Positions 16,030 through 25,282 of a stretch of 50,185 nucleotides of DNA are shown here, one piece after another. The DNA lies in the NCBI GenBank assembly GCA_035275545.1, contig DATEMP010000086.1:1-50185 (forward strand), given 5' to 3'. Numbering within the stretch: the first letter of the stretch is position 1; every line of letters starts with the position of its first letter. Source of the stretch: Candidatus Eiseniibacteriota bacterium (lineage in GTDB: Bacteria; Eisenbacteria; RBG-16-71-46). The notes beneath the pieces are model-generated. The model was given only the letters and a program-made list of their open reading frames with translations. It made no database searches and was not told where the DNA came from. The translations under genes and the position numbers were made by a program.

Positions 16030-18308
16030 GCGTTGCGTCCTCCGATGCGTTCGACCGGCTGGAGATCCGTCACCGGCGCTACCGGTGCGGGGACCGGCCG
16101 TGCAGACGGCACGGGCAGGGTCACTGTGAACGTGGATCCGTGTCCCACCTGGCTGCGCACCGTGATCTCGCCGCCGTGCGAGCGGACGATCTCGCGGGAC
16201 AGCGCGAGTCCCAGGCCCAGCCCGCCCTGGGTGGGCGAGTCCATGCGCTGCCAGCTGGTATAGAACTTCTCGAACACCCGCCGCTGGTCGCGCGGGTCGA
16301 TCCCGACGCCCCGATCGGTGACCTCGATCAGGACCTCTTCCCGCCGGCGCGTGACGCTCACCCGGATGTCCTTCTCGTCCTTGCTGTACTGCGCCGCGTT
16401 GGTGAGCAGGTTCAGGAGCACCTGGGACACCGCGTCCGCATCCAGCAGCACCACCGGAAGATCGGAGTCGAGCGCGAGCTGCAGGCTGAATCCGCGGGCG
16501 TCGGCATGGGGACGGAACGACTCCACCGCCCGCTCCACCACCTCACCGACCGGGTGGGCCTCGAAGCGGTACTGCTTGACGTTGCGTTCCATGCGCGAGA
16601 AGTCGAGCACGCGGTCGACCAGCCGGTTCAGGCGGTCGCACTCCTCGCGGATGATCCTCAGGTGCTGCTCCGCGCTGGCGCGGAACCGCTGGGGGCCGTC
16701 CCCGCGGCCCATCTGGAGCTCGAGCAGCTCGGCGAACATCTTGATCGAGGCGAGCGGGGTGCGCAGCTCGTGGGTCACGTTCGAGACGAACGTGGTCTGC
16801 GCCCGCGACAGGTAGGACTGCCGCCGTGCCCGCTGGATGAACACGTAGCCGCCGAAGAGGATGCTGACCAGCATCAGGGAGATGAGCCACAGCCACGCGG
16901 TGCGCCGCAGGTCGAAGCGCTTCATGGCGCCCGGCACGTCGTGGAGGTACACGGCGACCTGCCAGAAGTCGAACGGGGGCGCGAGATCCTGGGTGGCCAT
17001 CAGGGTTCCGGTGGTCGCTTCCTGCCCGATCACCGCGCCACCGCCCGAACCGAGGATGGCAACGGCGCTCTGCGAATCGGTATGGAGCCCGCTCATGGCG
17101 CTCGAGAGCTGCTCCTGGAGTCGGGCCAGGTCGATCTGGGCGGCGATCACCCCGGTGACGTAGAGGCCGGTCTCGTCGGGCAGCGGCCGGTACGCGATCA
17201 GGAACGGCTCGCCCTCGGCGCGCGCGGACAGGTAGCGGATGGTGGGGATGTAGCGCTTCTGTCGGAACGACATGTCGCCCAGCTCCGCCTCGAGCAGGTG
17301 GAGGAAGTATCGGTCGCTGATGTGCTTCTTGCTCCGGTCCCCCAGGGCGCGGAACGCCTGGACGTAGCGGGCCGGGTCGGCGAGACCAGGCTGGCTCAGC
17401 AGGCGCGGCGCCAGCGCCTGGATGAGCTCCGAGTAGTAGGAGTACTGGGTGGTGGTGATCGCGTCGCTGCGCGCCTGGAGGTCGCGGTGGAGCTCGAGCA
17501 GCACGTCGAGGGCTTCCGCGGGCCGGCCCAGCCCGTCCAGGGCCGATGCGATCTGGTACTGGGCCAGGAACCGCAGATACATCCGGTTGAGGTCGCGGAC
17601 GTTCGGATACGTCTCGAGCAGGGCCCGGTAGGTGTCGATGGCCGCCTGGCGGTCGCCCGCTTTGAGCTGGGCGCGGCCGATGTAGCTCTCCGCCATCGCC
17701 AGCAGGCGGGGGTTCCGGACGCTGTTCAGGATCTCGCGGTAGGCGTCGATGGCCGCCCGCGGATTGCCGGCCTCGTACTCGATCATTTCACCCCGCGCCA
17801 CGAGGCGCGTGAACACGTCGTGCTCGCGGACATCGGTGCCGGGCACCCACATGGCGGCCGGCGCGATCTCCTCGCTGGGGGGCAGGGGCGGGTAGACGAT
17901 CCGGCCCGGGGCGCTCAGGATGAAATAGCGCGAGACCAGCGGCTCCTTGCCGGTGAACGCGGTGACCCGCTCCGGGGTGGGCACGCCGGGTGCGGCGCTC
18001 AACAGATCGTCGAAGGCGGTGATCCATCGGGACTCGGCGTTCTGCAGCTGGTATTCGAGCTGGCGGCTGGAGAGCAGCGCGAGCTGCCCGTAGCTCCCGC
18101 GCAGGCGTTCGAGCGAGTAGGAGCGCTCGTTCTCGATCGCGCGCCAGCTGAGATACCCGAGCACGACGCTCGGCCCGATCACGAACGCGAGCAGGATGAG
18201 CGCGGTCCCCGCTCCGGACCCCATCACGCGACTCCATGCGCTGCGCTCGCCCGAGCGACGGCGGGGGCCGCGCCCGGGGCTCACCACCTGAAGCGCCGGA
18301 TCGTTCAT
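16026..18308 (-). CDS. Sensor histidine kinase with a large extracytoplasmic sensor region
   Basis: ORF 16026..18434. HisKA motif FVSNVTHELRTPL. HATPase motifs NLLTNAAQYS, DRGVGI and GGLGLGLALSREIV. Two TM segments bracket roughly 450 aa containing TPR-like helices. The start is uncertain (18308, 18224 or 18434). Confidence 0.9.
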   Translation of the reverse strand: MNDPALQVVSPGRGPRRRSGERSAWSRVMGSGAGTALILLAFVIGPSVVLGYLSWRAIENERSYSLERLRGSYGQLALLSSRQLEYQLQNAESRWITAFDDLLSAAPGVPTPERVTAFTGKEPLVSRYFILSAPGRIVYPPLPPSEEIAPAAMWVPGTDVREHDVFTRLVARGEMIEYEAGNPRAAIDAYREILNSVRNPRLLAMAESYIGRAQLKAGDRQAAIDTYRALLETYPNVRDLNRMYLRFLAQYQIASALDGLGRPAEALDVLLELHRDLQARSDAITTTQYSYYSELIQALAPRLLSQPGLADPARYVQAFRALGDRSKKHISDRYFLHLLEAELGDMSFRQKRYIPTIRYLSARAEGEPFLIAYRPLPDETGLYVTGVIAAQIDLARLQEQLSSAMSGLHTDSQSAVAILGSGGGAVIGQEATTGTLMATQDLAPPFDFWQVAVYLHDVPGAMKRFDLRRTAWLWLISLMLVSILFGGYVFIQRARRQSYLSRAQTTFVSNVTHELRTPLASIKMFAELLELQMGRGDGPQRFRASAEQHLRIIREECDRLNRLVDRVLDFSRMERNVKQYRFEAHPVGEVVERAVESFRPHADARGFSLQLALDSDLPVVLLDADAVSQVLLNLLTNAAQYSKDEKDIRVSVTRRREEVLIEVTDRGVGIDPRDQRRVFEKFYTSWQRMDSPTQGGLGLGLALSREIVRSHGGEITVRSQVGHGSTFTVTLPVPSARPVPAPVAPVTDLQPVERIGGRNA

Positions 18309-18678
18309 GCGATGGGGATCACCTGGGACCATCGTCGTATATGGAGACGGATCGCATAATCCTACCGGGCGGCGGCGTCCATGAACAGTGCGGGAATGAT
18401 CGGGAGCGTTTTCGCCGCGTGATGTGCCGGGCATTTCGCCGAGCGCCGATCGCGCGCGGGGAATCCACCTCAGCCGCGCTCGTCAAATCACTCAGGGCCG
18501 GGGCTCCGCGACGGGACGCGGCGGAGTCGGCGCGGGGCCGCGCGCACGGATGACGAGGACGAACCGGTGACAGGCCAACGTCCTAGCTCGCGAACCGCGC
18601 AGGGTCTCTTCTGCGGCACGGAACTCGCGATGCCGTCGGCTGTCGCCGAATCCCTGCGCGGGCCGGAGGCTCCGGCCT

Positions 18679-20655
18679 GTGCGCCGCGTTTCTCGAGAAA
18701 GGACATCCGTGAGATCCACCGCACCCCCACACTCCGCCGCTCGTCGCGGCGGCGTCCGTGTCGGTTTCCTCGCGCTCGTGCTCGCCGCCGTGCTGTCGGT
18801 GGACGCCCACGCGCAGACGTACTACGTGGACAACCAGTCTCCCAACGCATCACCGACCGGCCCTGGAACCGAGGCCAATCCCTACTCGACCATCGCGTCG
18901 GCGCTCGCGGCCCGAAAGGGTCCGGGCATCACGGTCGTGGTGAAACCCGGCCTGTACCGGGAAGACGTCGCGATCCCGGCATCGGGTGTCGATGGCAATC
19001 CCTACGTCGTGCGCGCCGCCGGACCCGGGGTGGTCCTCGATGGGAGCGACGACTTCTCCGATCCCTCGAAATGGCAGCGGGGGATGGGCGTCCCGACCGC
19101 CGACCGCTACGGGCGGTCGTACGTGGACGACAACCTGTACCTGGCCGCCGGCGTCACCTCGGACGTGCAGCAGGTGTTCGTGGACGGGGCGCGCCTCACG
19201 CGCTCGAAGCTGGGTCCCGGATCGCTGCCGCCGTACGCCTTCACCTGGATCGCGGGGGCCGGCCTCTACGTCAATTTGGGCGGGGACAGCCCGGCCAACC
19301 ACGTCACGCTGGTGGGTGCCCGCATGAGCGCGTTCCGGTTGTTCTCCCGCAGCTGGGTGACGATCGACGGGTTCGAGTCCGTGCGGGCGGACGACCGCGC
19401 GATCAACGTCCAGAACGGCTGTTCGAACATCTCCATCCTCAACAACCGGGTGAGCCTGGCCGGCGACAATGGGATCAAGACGGTCAACGGCCAGCAGATC
19501 GTGATCGAGGGGAACACCGTGTCGGATTGCGGCTCCCATGGCATCGCGCTCACCGCGGGTGCCTATGGCTGCACGATCAAGAACAACGAGACGTTCCGGA
19601 ACGCCGTCATGCCCGAGGGGTCCGCGAACGGCATCTACCTGTTCCAGGCCCCCAACAATCTGGTGATCGGGAACAACGCGCACGAGAACCAGGACACCGG
19701 CATCCATTTCGGCCAGGGGTCCGACAACTGCATCGCCTACAACAACCGGTCCTGGAACAACGGCGACCACGGCTACGACCACCTCTATGCGGCGGGCACG
19801 ATCCACGTCAACGACGTCGCCTCGCGCAACTACCGGGACGGGTTCTCGATCGAGGGTCAGTCGCCGAACACGCAGATCTTCAACTGCATCGCAGTCGACA
19901 ACGGAATCACCAGCGACGAGTTCAATCTCTGGGTGAACGGGGCGTCGACCCCGGGCTTCACTTCGGACCACAACATCTTCTGGAACTCGACCGCCCAGCC
20001 GCCCATCAAGTACATCACGACCAAGTACGCGACGATCGCCGCCTACCAGGCCGCCAGCGGCCAGGACCTGCACTCGGTCCAGGCCAACCCGCAGTTCGTG
20101 AACCCGCCGGACGGCAACTTCCTGCCCATGTCGGGATCCCCCGCGATCGACGCCGGAACCTCGGCGGTCGCGTACTGGCCGCCGACCGACGCGGTGGGGA
20201 ACCCGCGCATCGACGACGTGGCCACGCCGGACGGCGGCGAGGGCCCGGTGAGCTATGCGGACATCGGCGCGCTCGAGTTCGTGGACGCCCCGCCCCCCGC
20301 GGCCATGCGCCAGGTGGTGCCGGGCACCGCGGGCCGCGGCCGCGCGCCCGCCTCGCCCGCGTCGGTGTCGGCCGAGACGGTCGGTCTCACCTCGTTCGCG
20401 CTCTCGAGCGCCAATCCCTCGCGCGGCCCGGTCGAGTTCGCCCTCGACTTGAAAGCGGAGGCCCCGGTGAGCTGGGAGGTCTTCGACGTGCAGGGCCGGA
20501 TGGTGTGGTCCCAGGAGCGGGTGATGCCGGCGGGCCGCACGCGGCTGACGTGGGATGGGCGTACCGGAAACGGTGAGCCCGCGGGAACCGGTGTGTACAT
20601 GGTTCGCGCACGGGTCGACGAGAAGCAGCTGACCCGGAGGGTGGTGCTCTTCTAG
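18679..20655 (+). CDS. Secreted right-handed parallel beta-helix protein (paralog 1) with a FlgD-Ig/T9SS-like C-terminal domain
   Basis: Signal peptide ...GFLALVLAAVLSVDAHA (the GTG at 18709 may be the true start). YYVDNQSPNAS..NPYSTI head and beta-helix coils (NNRVSLAGDNGI, EGNTVSDCGSHGI, IKNNETFRN, IGNNAHENQDTGI, YNNRSWNNGDHGYDH). C-terminus VEFALDL...WEVFDVQGRMVW...GVYMVR. Confidence 0.85.
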   Translation: MRRVSRERTSVRSTAPPHSAARRGGVRVGFLALVLAAVLSVDAHAQTYYVDNQSPNASPTGPGTEANPYSTIASALAARKGPGITVVVKPGLYREDVAIPASGVDGNPYVVRAAGPGVVLDGSDDFSDPSKWQRGMGVPTADRYGRSYVDDNLYLAAGVTSDVQQVFVDGARLTRSKLGPGSLPPYAFTWIAGAGLYVNLGGDSPANHVTLVGARMSAFRLFSRSWVTIDGFESVRADDRAINVQNGCSNISILNNRVSLAGDNGIKTVNGQQIVIEGNTVSDCGSHGIALTAGAYGCTIKNNETFRNAVMPEGSANGIYLFQAPNNLVIGNNAHENQDTGIHFGQGSDNCIAYNNRSWNNGDHGYDHLYAAGTIHVNDVASRNYRDGFSIEGQSPNTQIFNCIAVDNGITSDEFNLWVNGASTPGFTSDHNIFWNSTAQPPIKYITTKYATIAAYQAASGQDLHSVQANPQFVNPPDGNFLPMSGSPAIDAGTSAVAYWPPTDAVGNPRIDDVATPDGGEGPVSYADIGALEFVDAPPPAAMRQVVPGTAGRGRAPASPASVSAETVGLTSFALSSANPSRGPVEFALDLKAEAPVSWEVFDVQGRMVWSQERVMPAGRTRLTWDGRTGNGEPAGTGVYMVRARVDEKQLTRRVVLF

Positions 20656-20769
20656 CAGCAGGATTCACCCGGGGTCGCATGCGACCGGGGCCGTCAGCCC
20701 CGGCCGCCGTGCCGCCCCGGTCATCGACGGCATGAACGCAGCTTGCTCAACACATCCCAGGAGGATGCC

Positions 20770-23214
20770 GTGAAGGTCACAGCAGTACGCACCACCCGGC
20801 GCGCGCCGGCCGCGGTCCACGCGCTTGCCGTCACTCTGGCCCTGACGCTGGTGGCGGCCCCTGCCGCACTCGCCGCCACGGTCTACTACGTCGACAACCA
20901 GAGCGCGAACTGCTCGAACACCGGCACGGGCACCGAGGCGCAGCCCTACTGCACCATCGGCGCCGCGGTGGCGGCCCACAAGGGACCGGACGTCACCATC
21001 ATCGTGAAGCCCGGCACCTACCGGGAGCAGGTGACCGTCCCTGCCTCGGGTGCCGCGGGTACCCCCTTCATCATCCAGGCGCAGGGGCCGGGCGTGATCG
21101 TCGACGGTGCCGACAGCTTCGCCAGCGCCGGCCTCTGGACCGCGGCCACCGGATCGGTGTGGCTCGCGTCTTCCGTGAGCTGGGCGCCGCTCCAGGTATT
21201 TGTGGACGGCGCGCGCCTCACGCCCTCGACGGCGTCGTTCGATCTCCTGCCGGTGAACTCCTTCACCTGGGTGAGCGGGCAGGGCCTGTACGTGAACCTG
21301 GGAGGCGCCAATCCCGGCACGCGGCAGACCCTCGTGGGCCGACGGAGCTACGGGTTCAACATGTTCACGAAGTCGTGGGTGGTCATCGACGGCTTCGAGA
21401 TCACGCACACCGAGAGCCGCGGCATCTACATGCAGACCGGGTGCTCCGACCTCTCGATCCTGCGCAACCGGGTGAGCTTCGCGAACAGCTACGGGATCCA
21501 GGCGAACGGTTGCAGCCGCATCGCGATCGAGGAGAACACGATCACGGACGGCAACTTTCACGGCATCGGGCTGACCGCCAACACCACCGCCTGCACGATC
21601 CGGAACAACGAGTCGGCTCGAAACATCGACCCGGCGATCCGACGCGCCAACGGGCTGTACCTGAACCTGTCAACCGCCAACGTCATCTCCGGGAACCGCC
21701 TCCACGACAACCAGGACAGCGGCTCGAACCTGGGGAACGGCTCGAACGACAACACCTTCTTCAACAACCGGTCGTGGAACAACGGCGACCACGGCTACGA
21801 CCACCTGGACGCCGCGGGGAACACCCACTCGAACGACCTCGCCTACGGCAACTACAAGGACGGCTTCTCGATCGAGGGCAACTCGCCGAACTGCCGGCTC
21901 TACAACTGCATCGGCGTCAACAACGGACTCACGACCAACGAGTTCGACCTGTGGGTGAACGACCTCTCGTCGATCGGCTTCGTCTCGGACTACAACCTGT
22001 TCTGGAACTCGACCAGCCAGACCCCGTTCAAGTACATCACCACGCCGTACGCGACCCTCGCCGGATACCAGGCCGCGAGCGGGCAGGACGCGCACTCGCT
22101 GCAGGCCGATCCGCGCTTCATGAACGGCGCGTCCGGCGACTTCCGGCTGATGGCCGGCTCGCCGGCCATCGACGCCGCCAACTCGTCCGCGCCCGCATGG
22201 CCGGCACTGGACGCGGCCGGAAACCCGCGCCTCGACGATGCGGGAACCGTCAACCATGGAGCCGGCCCGGTCCTGTTCGCGGACCTGGGCGCGCTCGAGT
22301 TCGCGGGAACCACGCCGCCGCCGCCGCCCACCGACAATCCTCCCGTGGTGGTCGCCCCGGCGACCGTCACGGTGAGCGAAGGCGTGCAGCTGACCATCAA
22401 CGTCACCGCCTCGGATGCCCAGGCGATCGCCTCGCTGGTCGCGGTGACCAACACGCTGCCGGCCGGGAACAACGCGACCTTCACGCCCAACCTCACCAAC
22501 ACCGCGGGCACGCTGCGCTGGACTCCGACCTACACGGACTCGGGCACCTGGTCGGTGCGCTTCGTGGCCACCAATGCGCTCACCGGCTCCGCGATCACGT
22601 CGATTCGCGTGGTCAACGTGGACCGCGCGCCGGTCGTGAGCGCTCCGGTGCAGGTCAAGACCGCCCCGGGTGCGAACGTGACCTTCAGCGTCACCGCTTT
22701 GGATCCGGACGGCGACGCGATCCAGTCCCTGACCATGGTCAAGGTGTCGATGCCGGCCGGCAACAACGCGGCGTTCGTCGCGAACGCCACGAAGACCGCG
22801 GGCACCTTCACGTGGACGGTCGGGAACCAGACCGGCAACTTCCGCGTCCGGTTCGACGCGGCGAACGCCCTCAGCGGCTCGGCGACCACGCAGATCCAGG
22901 TGAAGAGCAACGGTACCAAGGACCTGATCGCGGAGACCATCGCGCGTCCGGAGTTCTCGAACGGCTTCCCGAATCCCTCGGGAGGCATGGTCGAGTTCGC
23001 GCTCGATCTGCCCGAGGCGGCCGACGGGCGCTGGACGATCTTCGATCTCCAGGGCCGGGTGGTGTGGTCCGAGGACCGCACGTTCGAGGCGGGCCGCACG
23101 CGCCTCGCGTGGGACGGGATGACGCTCCAGGGTGCGCGCGCTCCGAGCGGGCTCTACCTGGTCCGCGCCGCTGCGGGCAGCGCGGTGTTCACGCGTCGCA
23201 TCGTGCGCTTCTAG
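20770..23214 (+). CDS. Secreted right-handed parallel beta-helix protein (paralog 2) with two Ig/cadherin-like inserts and a FlgD-Ig/T9SS-like C-terminal domain
   Basis: ORF 20743..23214 (TTG). The GTG at 20770 is preceded by AGGAGG with a 5-nt spacer. Collinear with paralog 1 (same YYVDNQS, KPGxYRE, VFVDGARLT and NNRSWNNGDHGYDH blocks). It adds two ~95-aa repeats (APATVTVSEGVQLTINVTASD... and APVQVKTAPGANVTFSVTALDPDGD...). Confidence 0.85.
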   Translation: MKVTAVRTTRRAPAAVHALAVTLALTLVAAPAALAATVYYVDNQSANCSNTGTGTEAQPYCTIGAAVAAHKGPDVTIIVKPGTYREQVTVPASGAAGTPFIIQAQGPGVIVDGADSFASAGLWTAATGSVWLASSVSWAPLQVFVDGARLTPSTASFDLLPVNSFTWVSGQGLYVNLGGANPGTRQTLVGRRSYGFNMFTKSWVVIDGFEITHTESRGIYMQTGCSDLSILRNRVSFANSYGIQANGCSRIAIEENTITDGNFHGIGLTANTTACTIRNNESARNIDPAIRRANGLYLNLSTANVISGNRLHDNQDSGSNLGNGSNDNTFFNNRSWNNGDHGYDHLDAAGNTHSNDLAYGNYKDGFSIEGNSPNCRLYNCIGVNNGLTTNEFDLWVNDLSSIGFVSDYNLFWNSTSQTPFKYITTPYATLAGYQAASGQDAHSLQADPRFMNGASGDFRLMAGSPAIDAANSSAPAWPALDAAGNPRLDDAGTVNHGAGPVLFADLGALEFAGTTPPPPPTDNPPVVVAPATVTVSEGVQLTINVTASDAQAIASLVAVTNTLPAGNNATFTPNLTNTAGTLRWTPTYTDSGTWSVRFVATNALTGSAITSIRVVNVDRAPVVSAPVQVKTAPGANVTFSVTALDPDGDAIQSLTMVKVSMPAGNNAAFVANATKTAGTFTWTVGNQTGNFRVRFDAANALSGSATTQIQVKSNGTKDLIAETIARPEFSNGFPNPSGGMVEFALDLPEAADGRWTIFDLQGRVVWSEDRTFEAGRTRLAWDGMTLQGARAPSGLYLVRAAAGSAVFTRRIVRF

Positions 23215-23239
23215 CAGGATCCCAGGGGTCGGAAAAGCA

Positions 23240-23272
23240 CAGCGGCCGGACGATCGACTCGTCCGGCCGCTG
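23240..23272. terminator. GC-rich hairpin between convergent genes (likely bidirectional terminator)
   Basis: cagcggccggacg-atcgact-cgtccggccgctg forms a perfect 13-bp stem between the stop of beta-helix 2 (23214) and the peroxiredoxin stop (23281). There is no strong U-tract. Confidence 0.55.
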
Positions 23273-23280
23273 CGTGCTGT

Positions 23281-23964
23281 CTACTTGACCGTGGCGGCGG
23301 TCTGCGACTCGGGCTGCGGGACGATCCGCAGATAGGGGCGCGGCGCCTTCCAGCCCTGCGGGTAGATCTTCTTCGCGTCGTCGTCCGACACCGACCCGGC
23401 GATGATGACGTCCTCGCCCTGCTTCCAGTTCACCGGCGTCGACACCTTGTGCTTGGCGGTGAGCTGCAGCGAGTCGATCACCCGGATCACCTCGTCGAAA
23501 TTCCGGCCGGTGGTCATCGGGTAGACGATCACGAGCTTGATCTTCTTGTCCGGACCGATGACGAACACGTTGCGCACCGTCTGGTTGTCGGCGGGCGTGC
23601 GGCCCTCGGACGTCCCGGCCGTCGAGGCCGGCAGCATGCCGTAGAGCTTGGCGATCTTGAGCTCGGGGTCGCCGATCATCGGGTAGTTGGGGGCGTGCCC
23701 CTGGGTCTCCTTGATGTCGGCGGACCACTTCGCGTGGCTGTCCACCGGGTCGACGCTCAGGCCGATGATCTTGGTGTTGCGCTTGTCGAACTCCGGCTTG
23801 AGCTTCGCCATGTAGCCGAGCTCGGTGGTGCAGACCGGCGTGAAGTCCTTGGGATGGGAGAAGAGCACCGCCCAGGAGTCCCCGACCCAGTCGTAGAAGC
23901 GAATCGGCCCGTCGGTGGTGGTGGCTTCGAAATCCGGTGCGGTGTCGTTGATCTGAAGCGACAT
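23281..23964 (-). CDS. 1-Cys peroxiredoxin (Prx6-type)
   Basis: DTAPDFEATTTDG, WAVLFSHPKDFTPVCTTELG, and a C-terminal extension typical of Prx6. An AAGGAGG RBS lies upstream. Confidence 0.92.
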   Translation of the reverse strand: MSLQINDTAPDFEATTTDGPIRFYDWVGDSWAVLFSHPKDFTPVCTTELGYMAKLKPEFDKRNTKIIGLSVDPVDSHAKWSADIKETQGHAPNYPMIGDPELKIAKLYGMLPASTAGTSEGRTPADNQTVRNVFVIGPDKKIKLVIVYPMTTGRNFDEVIRVIDSLQLTAKHKVSTPVNWKQGEDVIIAGSVSDDDAKKIYPQGWKAPRPYLRIVPQPESQTAATVK

Positions 23965-24108
23965 GGCATCCTCCTTGGAGTTTTGGCGGGAATTGGAGGG
24001 AAATTACTCCAAGACGGCCCGCCGGCCAAGGGCTGGTGAGTTGCGACTGCGACGGGCGCCCCGTAGTCTTCCCGGGTTCGCCACCACCCTTCCGCCCAGG
24101 AGTCTCGC

Positions 24109-25269
24109 ATGGCCCCGCGCCCGTTCATCCTCGCCACCTGCATGGTCCTCGCACTCGTCGCCCCGGCATCCGCAGACGACACGGGGGCGTTCGTCTTCAA
24201 GCTGGGCCAGGACACCACGTCCGTCGAGCAGTACACGCGCACGCCCGGCCGTCTCGAGGTCCACCAGGTGGGGCGCGCGCCGCGGACGCTGGAGCGCCGG
24301 TACGTCTACGATTACGGCAAGGACGGGGTGATCACCGCCTTCAGCATGGTGGTCACGCCGCCCATGACCCTGGAGCCGAACCCCACCCAGACCGTCAGCG
24401 CGACCTTCAAAGATTCGGCGCGGACGGTGTCCCAGACGGGAACCAGTCCCGCGCAGACCGCGGTGGCGCCGTTTCCCAAGGGCACGATCGCGGTCACGAA
24501 CTCGAGCCCGTGGGTGAGCTACGAGACGCTCACGATGAAGCTCGCGAGCGGCAAGGCGGACAGCCTGCGCACCACCATGTACCTGGTGGGAGGGCAGACC
24601 TACTGGCTCAGCCTCCGCAAGCTCGGGCGTGATTCGATCTCGGTCATCAACGAGCGCGGCGACCAGTACCACGTCAAGGTCGATCGTGCCGGCATGATCC
24701 TGGGCGTGCTCCCGGTCGCCGGCACCCAGAAGTTCAGCGTCGAGCGGGTCGCGAAGGTCGATGTCGACGCAATCGCCGCTTCCTGGCTGGCACGCGAGAA
24801 GGCCGGGGCGGGGATGGGCACGCTGTCGCCGCGGGACAGCGTGGTCACCAACGTGGCGGGAGCCTCGCTCTGGATCGATTACGGCCGGCCGGGCAAGCGC
24901 GGCCGCGAGGTGTTCGGCGGCATCGTTCCCTACGGCGAGGTGTGGCGGACCGGGGCCAACGCCGCCACGCAGATCCGCACCGACAAGGCGCTCGACTTCG
25001 GCGGCACGGTGGTGCCGGCCGGCTTCTACACGCTGTGGACGATTCCTTCGCCGACCGGTTGGAAGCTGATCGTCAACAGCGAGACCGGCCAGTGGGGGAC
25101 CGCCCACAAGGCGGAGAAGGACCTGTTCACGGTCGACATGAAGCTGAGCGCCCTTTCCCAAGTGGTGGAGCGGTTTACGATCAGCGTGGATCCCGCTCCC
25201 GAGGGCGGGGTCCTGCACCTCGACTGGGACACGACCCGGGCCTCGGCGGCCTTCACGGTCCGCCCGTAG
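24109..25269 (+). CDS. Secreted DUF2911-domain protein
   Basis: Signal peptide MAPRPFILATCMVLALVAPASA. The C-terminal half matches the DUF2911 pattern (YGRPGKRGREVFGGIVPYGEVWRTGANAATQI, VPAGFYTLWTIP, WKLIVNSETGQWGT). AGGAG RBS. Confidence 0.8.
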   Translation: MAPRPFILATCMVLALVAPASADDTGAFVFKLGQDTTSVEQYTRTPGRLEVHQVGRAPRTLERRYVYDYGKDGVITAFSMVVTPPMTLEPNPTQTVSATFKDSARTVSQTGTSPAQTAVAPFPKGTIAVTNSSPWVSYETLTMKLASGKADSLRTTMYLVGGQTYWLSLRKLGRDSISVINERGDQYHVKVDRAGMILGVLPVAGTQKFSVERVAKVDVDAIAASWLAREKAGAGMGTLSPRDSVVTNVAGASLWIDYGRPGKRGREVFGGIVPYGEVWRTGANAATQIRTDKALDFGGTVVPAGFYTLWTIPSPTGWKLIVNSETGQWGTAHKAEKDLFTVDMKLSALSQVVERFTISVDPAPEGGVLHLDWDTTRASAAFTVRP

Positions 25270-25282
25270 CCGCCGCGCACCG

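Noticed and set aside
20656-20700. Palindrome GGTCGCATGCGACC after beta-helix 1 as a terminator
   Set aside because: The effective stem is only ~5-6 bp with a minimal loop and no U-tract. The flanking bases do not extend the pairing.
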